From IMG/VR virus record IMGVR_UViG_3300010354_000093, positions 1 to 61,075 of that record: a DNA stretch of 61,075 nucleotides; one strand, 5' to 3'. Positions 18,594-27,293 of this stretch are shown in pieces. Position 1 is the first letter of the stretch. The number at the start of each line of letters is the position of its first letter. The notes beneath the pieces were generated by a model, which was not told where the DNA came from, did not search any database, and was given only the letters and a program-made list of their open reading frames with translations. The position numbers were made by a program, and so were the translations under genes. The DNA is from a virus (lineage: Duplodnaviria > Caudoviricetes).

Positions 18594-20069
18594 TTATAAA
18601 ATTACTGCTTCGATAAGTTTAACACCAACGTCATCACTCGATTCTAAAGCTACTGCAAAAACTTCACTACTATGATGTACAGCCTGTACTGCACAACCAT
18701 TGCTCGAAGCTATTAGACATTTTCCTTTTGCAATTGCACCAATGACCTTTACTGGTACACGGCCTTTTAGTGCAATATAGGTGCCGCCTTCTAACTCACT
18801 ATTCATCATATAAGCAGGGTTAGCACTTACAACACCGATTGCGCGATGGCCAAAAGTACTTGCAGTTACTTCTTTTTCGCCGCCAACTATCATAACTGTA
18901 CCAACTTCATAGTCCTTATCGGCAAGATATTTTTCTGCTAAGTCAGCATATTGTGCAGATGTAGCAACGCCTCTAAATGTTGTTGCATATAAGTCGCCTA
19001 CTGCATCTCTAGCAGCAATTGTTACATTACCAGCAGAAATTGAAGTAGTTGCAACTCTGGCAGTACCGGCAACAGTCAACGTATCGGCTTGACTTGCAAT
19101 ACCTTCAAACTGATTAGCATAGACTGTAGAATAACGATATGTTAAAGATCCAATATTAGAATTACCATCTGTATCAGGAAGGATGTCATTCCCAATAAGT
19201 TTTAATGGAATTTTTGTAACAGACGCCACTGTTGTTTGGAAAATCATAGTATTTGTATTGGACTGAAATACCGGATTGCCGCCTGGATTGATCGAGACTT
19301 GTAATTTTTTAGTTGCAAGGCCTACAGTATATCCAGGATCTCCAAATTCAACTTGCGTGTTAAATGTTGCACTAGTTGCTTGAACAAACGATGAGGCAGG
19401 AAACCCGCCTAACAAATCGGCGTTCGTTGCAGTTCCATAAAACTTAATTGGGGGTGTTGTCTGGCCAGGTGCTGCTGGATTGTTTGTATTTCTTAATGTA
19501 ATACCTGGATGAACATCCGTAAATCCGTCAATTGCGTTAACTGTATCTTTTAACGTAAAAGTTGTTGTTTCCGTACTAACAATAAACGAAACGACTCCGT
19601 TAACTGTGGCACAAATAATCGCATGGGATCCGCCTAGTGTGTCAATAACTAGTCGGCTAACCATCTCAGTTTGCTGGGTTCCTGCGGATTGAGGGCCTAT
19701 AAGTGTGAAACTAGTTCCGTTGTAAGCATACAGTTGTTTGTTATCTGTATCCCACCAAAAATCACCAAGAGTTAAGCCAGACGGCTCTGTTGCACCAACC
19801 TCAGCGCCGCCAGTAGTTCTAAAATAAACACCATCAAAAAACTTTAATTTTTTATTAGATGTATCGTACCAAATTTGTCCGCTAATTGGCTTGGACGGAG
19901 GTGAGCTGTAAGCAAAATTTTCAAGTAATTTTACAAAATTTTCATTTTGTATTTCGCCGTAACCTGCGTAATTTTTACCAATTAATTTAATGTCAAGGGT
20001 GCTATCAATAGTGCCATCAGCTACTACAGCTACTTGATCTCCACTTGTTTTATTAATAGTATATGGCAT
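18594..20069 (-). CDS. tail fibre-like protein with a C-terminal intramolecular-chaperone-like domain
   Basis: Shared N-terminal GKNY..YG..NENF..LLENFA...GQIWYD module; C-terminal YADLAEKY...GVVS..PAY.MN...IALKGRVPVKV. Confidence 0.7.
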   Translation of the reverse strand: MPYTINKTSGDQVAVVADGTIDSTLDIKLIGKNYAGYGEIQNENFVKLLENFAYSSPPSKPISGQIWYDTSNKKLKFFDGVYFRTTGGAEVGATEPSGLTLGDFWWDTDNKQLYAYNGTSFTLIGPQSAGTQQTEMVSRLVIDTLGGSHAIICATVNGVVSFIVSTETTTFTLKDTVNAIDGFTDVHPGITLRNTNNPAAPGQTTPPIKFYGTATNADLLGGFPASSFVQATSATFNTQVEFGDPGYTVGLATKKLQVSINPGGNPVFQSNTNTMIFQTTVASVTKIPLKLIGNDILPDTDGNSNIGSLTYRYSTVYANQFEGIASQADTLTVAGTARVATTSISAGNVTIAARDAVGDLYATTFRGVATSAQYADLAEKYLADKDYEVGTVMIVGGEKEVTASTFGHRAIGVVSANPAYMMNSELEGGTYIALKGRVPVKVIGAIAKGKCLIASSNGCAVQAVHHSSEVFAVALESSDDVGVKLIEAVIL

Positions 20070-20091
20070 CTGGGTTATTCCTTATTCCTAG

Positions 20092-20099
20092 TATTTATT
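20092..20099 (-). promoter_or_regulatory. putative late promoter -10 element AATAAATA
   Basis: Intergenic, 22 nt upstream of ATG 20069. Confidence 0.55.
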
Positions 20100-20121
20100 C
20101 GTTTTTGGGCAGTTGTACGCA

Positions 20122-21777
20122 TCAGATATCTGAGTTATAAGTCCACACGCCGGTGACAAGAGAGTACAACTTCGATGTTCTAACACCCCCGTTAACACAA
20201 TGAATCCTGCAAAGTGTTCCGTTTGCATAATCTATCGCAGGGAAAACTTTTTCAATAATCGCCGAAGCAATAGCAGAAGTTTGATTAGCAAGTCCTGTTG
20301 TGTCAGCAGAAATTCCTAAAGATTTTGAAGATAACTGAGTGTCAACATAGGTTTTATTAGCTGCATCATTAGAACTAACAGGAGTAGCTACATTTGAAAT
20401 CTTCTTTGAATTTACATCTATTACTCCAGAGCCGTTTGGAGCTATTACAACAGAACCGTTTACTGCTGTTGAACTAATTGTATTTCCTGTAATATTAATA
20501 GTTCCAGCATAAAAGTTAGTCTGTGTTCCTATACTTGTTAATCCAGGAGCACTAGTAACAGTTGACCCAATAGCAGTTTGACTTAAAACATCAAATCCGT
20601 TAATTTTATAAGTTTTGTTAACTGCTAAATTGAAGTGTTCCGAGCTTGTCCATGCAGAATTTGAGGATACCCAAGTTAATGTTTTGTCACCGTCGCCGCC
20701 TGCTTCAAGTAGAATACCTCCACCATTAGCTGTGGTATTACTTGGAGTATCAACTTTACCTAATTCAATTAATAAATCTTCAATTTGTAAATTAGTAGTG
20801 TTGATTGTTGTTACAGCACCTTCGACTGTCAGGTCTCCAGTAATTCTAACATCACCCGATACGTCTAAAGTATACTGGGGCGAATCAGTAAAAATGCCGA
20901 CAAGCTCGTTTTGAGCATCTACAAATATTGCAGTTTGTAGTCCGCCTGCATTTTTAACTCCGATTTTAAAATTCTGATTACTTCTGTTTGAGTTAAATGC
21001 ACATATGGAATTTGACACTAAAAATTCATTCTGAGTCGCTGGACCTAACTTTAACGGTGTTGTACTAAGAATACTAACTGTTCCGTTAATTGCTGAATCA
21101 GTATCGTTCAAGACAAAATTTTCAACAACTTTTAAATTGCCTGCACTATCAATTAGATTATATGCGGCTGTAACATTGGTCTTAAACTGCATATTTGACA
21201 GCGTTCCTTGATTAAATCCTGGAACAATACTGCCACTAAACCCTGGAATTGCAGTGGATGGTGTAAATGTATCTTTAGCAAAAATTCCCAACAGCACCTG
21301 TCCAACATAAAAATAAATTACTGTATGACTGTTTTGATTAGTATCTAAAATATCTACTACTTGAAACCCACTAATTCCTTGCTGCTCAGTATACAACGGA
21401 CCGGCTAATAAATTTGAAACACCATCATTAAAATATAGTTGCCTTCTAAAACTATCTATCCAAATATCACCTTGTGCTATCGAACTTGGAGCACTTGAAC
21501 TTACTATTGTACCTCCGCTGACTTTCCAACCATTTCCGTCGTAAACTTTTACTCTTCCTTCACTAGTGTCATACCATAATTGTCCTTGAACAGGATTATT
21601 AGGTTGACTATTATTAGCAAAATTTTCTAAAAGATGAACAAAGTTTTCGTTAAAATATTCGCCGTAAGACGTAGAATTTTTTCCAATTAAGGTCAAATCT
21701 GTAGCAGTCTGATCAATAGTACCATCAACTATTTCAGTTAATACAGACCCGTCAGTTTTGTTTATAGTATAGCTCAT
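20122..21777 (-). CDS. tail fibre-like protein
   Basis: Same N-terminal module; fibre motifs GDLTVEGAVTTINTTNLQIED and ISNVATPVSSNDAANKTYVD. Confidence 0.7.
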   Translation of the reverse strand: MSYTINKTDGSVLTEIVDGTIDQTATDLTLIGKNSTSYGEYFNENFVHLLENFANNSQPNNPVQGQLWYDTSEGRVKVYDGNGWKVSGGTIVSSSAPSSIAQGDIWIDSFRRQLYFNDGVSNLLAGPLYTEQQGISGFQVVDILDTNQNSHTVIYFYVGQVLLGIFAKDTFTPSTAIPGFSGSIVPGFNQGTLSNMQFKTNVTAAYNLIDSAGNLKVVENFVLNDTDSAINGTVSILSTTPLKLGPATQNEFLVSNSICAFNSNRSNQNFKIGVKNAGGLQTAIFVDAQNELVGIFTDSPQYTLDVSGDVRITGDLTVEGAVTTINTTNLQIEDLLIELGKVDTPSNTTANGGGILLEAGGDGDKTLTWVSSNSAWTSSEHFNLAVNKTYKINGFDVLSQTAIGSTVTSAPGLTSIGTQTNFYAGTINITGNTISSTAVNGSVVIAPNGSGVIDVNSKKISNVATPVSSNDAANKTYVDTQLSSKSLGISADTTGLANQTSAIASAIIEKVFPAIDYANGTLCRIHCVNGGVRTSKLYSLVTGVWTYNSDI

Positions 21778-23912
21778 TATAAGACACCAGTGAAAATTAT
21801 ATAATTAATGGTCAAATACGGATTCATTCTAGAAAACGCATCGCTTGTTGTTGGATTTAAAATATCTCCAGTGCGAGGCAATCCTTGTCCTGTACTTGAA
21901 CTTGGTAATCCAAGACCAGCAATAGCATTAGGATCTCCTGCTGCACCTGGTAAACCGCCAGCATAATACTGCCCGGCGCCTGTTGCTAAATCGTGTTGGT
22001 GATTAGGAAGATTAGAAATAACTAGTGTTGTTTCTTCGTTGCCTGCGCCTTGACCTAATATATCAGCTGTTGTATCAGTTACTCTGTTTGCTGGGCCGCC
22101 GCCTGCATCAATAAGAATCCCTGGATCGTTTTTATCAGGAACTTGTTGTCCGTTGTCCATATTGTCGCGGCCTAATGGAAAACGACCTCTTAGATCTGGT
22201 AATGCAAACGTGTTGTTACCTATTAAAAATGCTGCATTTTTATAGGTATAACCAATAATAGCAAATAAACTGCTGTAAGTTCCAATTGATATTTCTGAAC
22301 CGTCACATAACAGATACCCGGCTGGTGCAGTAGATCCTGCAAACGGCATTATAGCTCCGATTGGAACAGTTGCAACATTTGATAAAAATGATTGTTTAGT
22401 AACTTTCTTAAGTCCGCTATCAATACCAGAACGATAAATTAACAATGTATCTGTTGGATTAGCGGTTGTTACCGCAGTTTTACTTGTAATAATATCTGAA
22501 CTAATTGTTGCGTTAAGAACAGCAACACCAGCATTAGCTTGACCGTCAACTGAAACTCCCGGACTTGTTACATCTCCTGTTAAACTAAAAACTGTCGGAC
22601 TTGCCCAACGAGCCGCTGAGCCGCTAATGCTACCTGCTAAACTTCCTGTAAATGCTCCGCTGAAATTTCCTACGAAATTGTTAGCATATATATTTCGGAA
22701 AGCTCGTGTGCTAGACCCAATATCATAAACACCGTTGGCTGCATCACTTCCTGGAACTAATACTGAAGCAGGTGTTGGATCGCCAAGGCCGTCTAAATTG
22801 TTAACAATAATCTGACCGTTAGCAATAGTAATATTTGCACCAAATGTTGAAGATTTACTGATTGCGGCGCCGCCAGCAACTTTTAAACTACCTGTTGAGA
22901 GACTAGTTGATGCTGTATCTCCTAAAATATTAACATCATTGTCAATACTAGCACTACCCCCAACGTCTAAAGCAGCCACAGGGTTAGTGTTATTAGGGCC
23001 AACGCCTACAAAGCCATTAGAATTTAAAAATAAACCAGTTACTGTGTTTAAATTATTTGTTAATTTAATTGCAATGCTTGCATCACTGTTTTTACTATAT
23101 AAAATAGTTGTGTTTTCAGTATCGTCTCGACCAATATTAAAACTTAAATCTGCACCTAAACTTATACCCTGATTCGATCTAATGTTAAACTGTGCATTTG
23201 TTGTGCTGGTAATATCGCCTCTAAGAAAATTTGAGGCATCAACAGCACTATTATTAACTATAAGAGAATTTGCTTTTTCACTAGTGCCCCAAAATTTAAT
23301 TGGTGCTGTAGAACTTGTAGCATCATTCGCATTTAAATTTATACCTTGATTAATACTAAGGTAACCAGATATGCTAGCCTTTGGTGTGAATGCTTCTCGA
23401 CTAATAATTGCTATTCGATTATTATTAGCGTATAAACTTATAACACTATGTGACACATTTACAGTATCAACAATAGTTTCAACCGTAGGACCTGTTTTAG
23501 TTCCAGAACTAAATTGTGGGCCTACTAATAACCATGCAGATCCTGAATAAAGATATAATTGCTGGTTAACTGTATCTGCCCATAAGTCGCCGGCTAATGC
23601 AGTATTTGGAGCAGTAGACGATTTTTTAATAGAGCCAGAATTTACCCACTGAGTACCATCATAAACTTTTAACAAATTTACATCTGCGTTATTGTCATAC
23701 CAGAGTTGGCCTTGGACTGGATTGTCCGGTGGCGTATTTTTAGCAAAATTTTCTAATAAATGTAGAAAATTTTCAGCTATAATTGGTGCATACCCTGCAT
23801 AATTTTTTCCAACAAATGTTAAACTTGTTTCAGAGTTAAGTGTCTGATCGTTAACTGTTAACGTTGGTTTAGCAGGATTAGTTGTTTCAGTAAATTTAAC
23901 TTGATAAGCCAT
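21777..23912 (-). CDS. tail fibre protein with phage tail-collar domain
   Basis: Same N-terminal module; PIGAIMPFAGSTAPAGYLLCDG...LFAIIG..Y...FALPDLRGRFPLG collar; LPNHQH; NPYLTINYII. Confidence 0.85.
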   Translation of the reverse strand: MAYQVKFTETTNPAKPTLTVNDQTLNSETSLTFVGKNYAGYAPIIAENFLHLLENFAKNTPPDNPVQGQLWYDNNADVNLLKVYDGTQWVNSGSIKKSSTAPNTALAGDLWADTVNQQLYLYSGSAWLLVGPQFSSGTKTGPTVETIVDTVNVSHSVISLYANNNRIAIISREAFTPKASISGYLSINQGINLNANDATSSTAPIKFWGTSEKANSLIVNNSAVDASNFLRGDITSTTNAQFNIRSNQGISLGADLSFNIGRDDTENTTILYSKNSDASIAIKLTNNLNTVTGLFLNSNGFVGVGPNNTNPVAALDVGGSASIDNDVNILGDTASTSLSTGSLKVAGGAAISKSSTFGANITIANGQIIVNNLDGLGDPTPASVLVPGSDAANGVYDIGSSTRAFRNIYANNFVGNFSGAFTGSLAGSISGSAARWASPTVFSLTGDVTSPGVSVDGQANAGVAVLNATISSDIITSKTAVTTANPTDTLLIYRSGIDSGLKKVTKQSFLSNVATVPIGAIMPFAGSTAPAGYLLCDGSEISIGTYSSLFAIIGYTYKNAAFLIGNNTFALPDLRGRFPLGRDNMDNGQQVPDKNDPGILIDAGGGPANRVTDTTADILGQGAGNEETTLVISNLPNHQHDLATGAGQYYAGGLPGAAGDPNAIAGLGLPSSSTGQGLPRTGDILNPTTSDAFSRMNPYLTINYIIFTGVL

Positions 23913-23915
23913 TTA

Positions 23916-24524
23916 TTAAACTCCTGCCAAACCTGTTAAACTCTGTATTCTTACAGTATAATCAACTTGTATAAGTCTATTCAATGATTTTTGTACTGGA
24001 TGGAATATGACATGTGTTAAAAGTAAGCTGTTACCAGAAGAGCTATAGGATTTTAGCCCCAATTCATCAAAAACATAAGCACTTTCATTATTATTCGAAT
24101 TATCGTAAGCTAATTGGCCGTCAGGTTCACCGTAGTCTAATAGGCAACTCACAAATACATCTGTATAATTTGTTCCTGTAACATGTCGAGATTCGACGTA
24201 ATTTCTAGTTGGATCTATGTTGTTACTGGATCTATCATTAACAACTTTAGAGAATGTTTCATTATACAAGCTGGCATTTGCTCCAGAGCTATTTGGTGTT
24301 AAGTATGTGATAATTCCAGTGGGATCAACTGCTGTTCCGCCGTTGCCAAATGCCATTTCATAGATAAATCCTTGGCCGCTGTTACCAATACTCTCTGCAA
24401 GAGCAATGCTCATGTTTTCGTAATGAATAGCATTACGTTTATTAATGTAAATTTCTTTAGAGATAGGGTCGTATATCTTAATATGCCCTTCAATATGAAT
24501 TCCTGTAAGATCTTTGCTCTGCAT
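23916..24524 (-). CDS. putative baseplate/tail-fibre attachment protein
   Basis: NAIHYEN, MAFGNGG, FDELGL, THVIFHPVQKS; position in the tail operon. Confidence 0.55.
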   Translation of the reverse strand: MQSKDLTGIHIEGHIKIYDPISKEIYINKRNAIHYENMSIALAESIGNSGQGFIYEMAFGNGGTAVDPTGIITYLTPNSSGANASLYNETFSKVVNDRSSNNIDPTRNYVESRHVTGTNYTDVFVSCLLDYGEPDGQLAYDNSNNNESAYVFDELGLKSYSSSGNSLLLTHVIFHPVQKSLNRLIQVDYTVRIQSLTGLAGV

Positions 24525-24544
24525 AACATTCTCTCTTTATAGTA

Positions 24545-24576
24545 TATTTATCTAGTACCATTATATGGTAGTTTAT
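24545..24576 (-). promoter_or_regulatory. bipartite late promoter ATAAACTAC-N15-GATAAATA
   Basis: -10-like element 20 nt upstream of ATG 24524; upstream element shared with 49131-49139 and 54810-54818. Confidence 0.65.
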
Positions 24577-26081
24577 TAGACCCTAGTTACAGTTAGCGGA
24601 TTTGATCCGCTAAACGGCCATCTTAAATATCGATTAGCGGCACCTTGTAAACTTAGTGTGTCAGTATATGTTGTTGTACCAGAATCGCTCATTCTTCCCT
24701 GGGTGGCTGTAGTTGTAACCCAATTAATACAATCATAAGCATCGTAATCTCGTCGACTTTCAAGCAAACAAGCTAGAACTCCAGCAACTTGGGGTGAGGC
24801 CATGCTTGTGCCTTGTATTTTTTTAATATAAAATGTAGGATCATCAGGATGAGATACTGAACCTGACCCTAAGGTAGCTGTTAATGGCATTGCAGACTGA
24901 ACAGCTTCACCTGGAGCAAAAACTGTTATGCCTGGGCCGCAACAACTAAAGTTACTCTTATATTCAGTATTAGCAGCTCTTATTGCACCAACAGTAATAA
25001 CTCCGTTTGGGCCATTAGGAGTAGACCCCCTGTGATAGTATCTGTTCGCGCCACCTGATGTAAAATAATTATTATAATCTAATCCCCCAGAAACATCTAT
25101 TTTATGTGTATCATTTCCGGCGGCTGCGACTAAAATAATACCAGCTGAAATACAACTATCTATATCTGCATCGACACTAGCTACTCGAACTGGGTGAGTG
25201 TAAGCATTATATGTAGAACTAAAGTTATAAGAAGTTTGCACCATGCCATACTGGCTCTGAGCAGTTGTGCCAGTCCACGATGTTCCCCTATAATTGCCAC
25301 CAGTAATACCTGAATACAAATTAAAATACCCCCAACTCATATTAACAACTGTAGGATTTTTGTTTGTTTTTAATAAATGCCAGTTTCGAATCATATTGAA
25401 CGCGGCACTAGTACCAAATGCATCGGTATCAAATATTTTTATAGCATATATGTTGGATTCTTTTGCCCATCCGTAACGCCGACCTGCTACTGTGCCGGCG
25501 CAATGGGTTCCGTGTCCGTAAGTATCGGTATAGTGTTGGGCACCTTGAGTATATGTTCCCGATAAACCAGATGCGACGGGCCAGTTAATTTGATTAAGTC
25601 TGTCTGTTATACCATCTTGCGCCTTCCACTCCGGGTGACCGACCTGTATACCCGAGTCCATAATTACCGAGTCAACATTTTTTCCTGTAGCAACATACGG
25701 ATGTTGATATGTTAATGTTGTTCCAGAGAACGGATTAGAGTTATTAATACATGCAGGTATTGCCCAAGCGTAATCACTATTGCTCTGAGTAGTCGATCTA
25801 GAATATGTTCTGCTTGAATCTAATGTATGATGCTTGAGGAAAATACCGTTTTCTTGTTTAGACCCGTAACGAACATCAGTTATGCGAGGGTCATTTTTCA
25901 AAAATTCAACTTCTTTCTGTGTTAAAACAACATCAAAGTTTCTTTCGCTTTCATTTTTTTCATTCCACATTTCAACCTTGCGGCCTAATGCTTTTCCAGA
26001 AACAATATCATCCATTAAAGCATCTACGTCGACACCTTTTTCTGCTGTTACAACACAACGATTTTGATCTTCAGTAGTCAT
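24576..26081 (-). CDS. subtilisin-family (S8) serine peptidase
   Basis: Triad VIMDSG / HGTHCAG / GTSMASP, oxyanion AAGND; likely start ATG 26081 right after the upstream stop. Confidence 0.9.
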   Translation of the reverse strand: MTTEDQNRCVVTAEKGVDVDALMDDIVSGKALGRKVEMWNEKNESERNFDVVLTQKEVEFLKNDPRITDVRYGSKQENGIFLKHHTLDSSRTYSRSTTQSNSDYAWAIPACINNSNPFSGTTLTYQHPYVATGKNVDSVIMDSGIQVGHPEWKAQDGITDRLNQINWPVASGLSGTYTQGAQHYTDTYGHGTHCAGTVAGRRYGWAKESNIYAIKIFDTDAFGTSAAFNMIRNWHLLKTNKNPTVVNMSWGYFNLYSGITGGNYRGTSWTGTTAQSQYGMVQTSYNFSSTYNAYTHPVRVASVDADIDSCISAGIILVAAAGNDTHKIDVSGGLDYNNYFTSGGANRYYHRGSTPNGPNGVITVGAIRAANTEYKSNFSCCGPGITVFAPGEAVQSAMPLTATLGSGSVSHPDDPTFYIKKIQGTSMASPQVAGVLACLLESRRDYDAYDCINWVTTTATQGRMSDSGTTTYTDTLSLQGAANRYLRWPFSGSNPLTVTRV

Positions 26082-26082
26082 A

Positions 26083-27279
26083 TTAATATAAAGCGTTCCA
26101 ACTTGTTCCGTTATAAAATACAGGATAAGCTCCGCCAGTTCCCTTTGAAGCAGGATCCCAATTAGTTCTGTCTGCAACAGCAAATACACCGGCGCTTATT
26201 CCAGTAGGAGCAGCTGACAATGGAGATAACCTTAAAAATTTACTTGCTTCAACTGCTCCTTGAACTACCATCGATCCAGTCGAACTACCTGTTGCAAATA
26301 CAAAATCACTAGCAGAAGTGTATGTAGGAACCCCAGTACCAGAACTGGTCAAAGTTGTTGCTGTTACTGTGCCCCCTACTGTTAAATTTGTGCCGTCAAA
26401 CGTTAAATTTGCACTACCAGCAAATGCTCCGTTATTATTAAATTGAACTTGAGTATTAGATCCCCCTGGATTTGTTGATCCGCCACCGCCACCGCCTGCT
26501 GCCGAAATAGTTATAGTATCTGTAGTAGCATTTGTAGTGATAGTAATATTAGCGCCTGCAACAAATGTTAAAGTATCTATACTACTGTCTGCAACAATGT
26601 TACTTTGTCCAGCTACAGCAATAGTGTTAAAAGAGTTTACTGTTCCAGTAGCAGCAATTGTTACAGAATCTGTATTAGCATCAGTGGTTAAAGAAATACC
26701 AGAACCGGCAACTAAAGTTAAAATATCTTCCGGAACGTCTGCAATAGCATCTGCCTGGCCAGTAATACGAATTGTCCCAAAAGAGCTTGGTAATGCCGGA
26801 GATCCTTGATCAGCAGCAGTTATAGTAATCGAGTCTGTTGCAGCATTTGTAGTAATGGTGATATTATTGCCTGCTACTAAAGTTAACACATCGGTAGGGC
26901 TATTTGCAAGAACACTACTTTGTCCTGATACTGCTATTGTTGAAAATGAGTTTGATGGAGGGCTTCCGCCGGCGCCAATGTCGTCTTCGCCGTTATACCA
27001 AGCTGTTCCATTATATTTTAACACTTGTCCAGATAGCGGAGTATTGATTACAACATCGGTGAGTCCGTCTAAATTCGATGCGCCACTTCCTCCTCCACCG
27101 CCGTTTGCTAAAACCCAGGCACGAGTAGCTAGTATCGATCCTCCAATTAAAGACCCGTTGTATACTCTTAAGGTATTACTACTAGAGTCCCAAAAAACTT
27201 CCCCTGGTTCATAGGCAAACTTGTTTAAAGTTTGCGTGCCTTGCGATTTTAATCTAACTGAGCGTAACGGTGTTGTCAT
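26083..27279 (-). CDS. repeat-containing tail fibre-like protein
   Basis: LDGLTDVVI...GQVLKYNGTAW, three ~50-aa repeats SF.TI.V.GQ....A....D.LTLVAG..I.ITT.A.TD..TI, PGGSNTQVQFN. Confidence 0.7.
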   Translation of the reverse strand: MTTPLRSVRLKSQGTQTLNKFAYEPGEVFWDSSSNTLRVYNGSLIGGSILATRAWVLANGGGGGSGASNLDGLTDVVINTPLSGQVLKYNGTAWYNGEDDIGAGGSPPSNSFSTIAVSGQSSVLANSPTDVLTLVAGNNITITTNAATDSITITAADQGSPALPSSFGTIRITGQADAIADVPEDILTLVAGSGISLTTDANTDSVTIAATGTVNSFNTIAVAGQSNIVADSSIDTLTFVAGANITITTNATTDTITISAAGGGGGGSTNPGGSNTQVQFNNNGAFAGSANLTFDGTNLTVGGTVTATTLTSSGTGVPTYTSASDFVFATGSSTGSMVVQGAVEASKFLRLSPLSAAPTGISAGVFAVADRTNWDPASKGTGGAYPVFYNGTSWNALY

Positions 27280-27293
27280 ATTTCAATCTCGTT

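Noticed and set aside
24556-24570. TACCA-TTATA-TGGTA hairpin as an intrinsic terminator
   Set aside because: Weak 5-bp stem without a clear U-tract; lies in the promoter spacer
26082-26189. Longer N-termini given by the ORF track (here and at 1599, 3288, 9371, 15659, 16494, 31269, 58856)
   Set aside because: Downstream ATGs have an RBS or stop-start coupling, or avoid long overlaps with upstream genes
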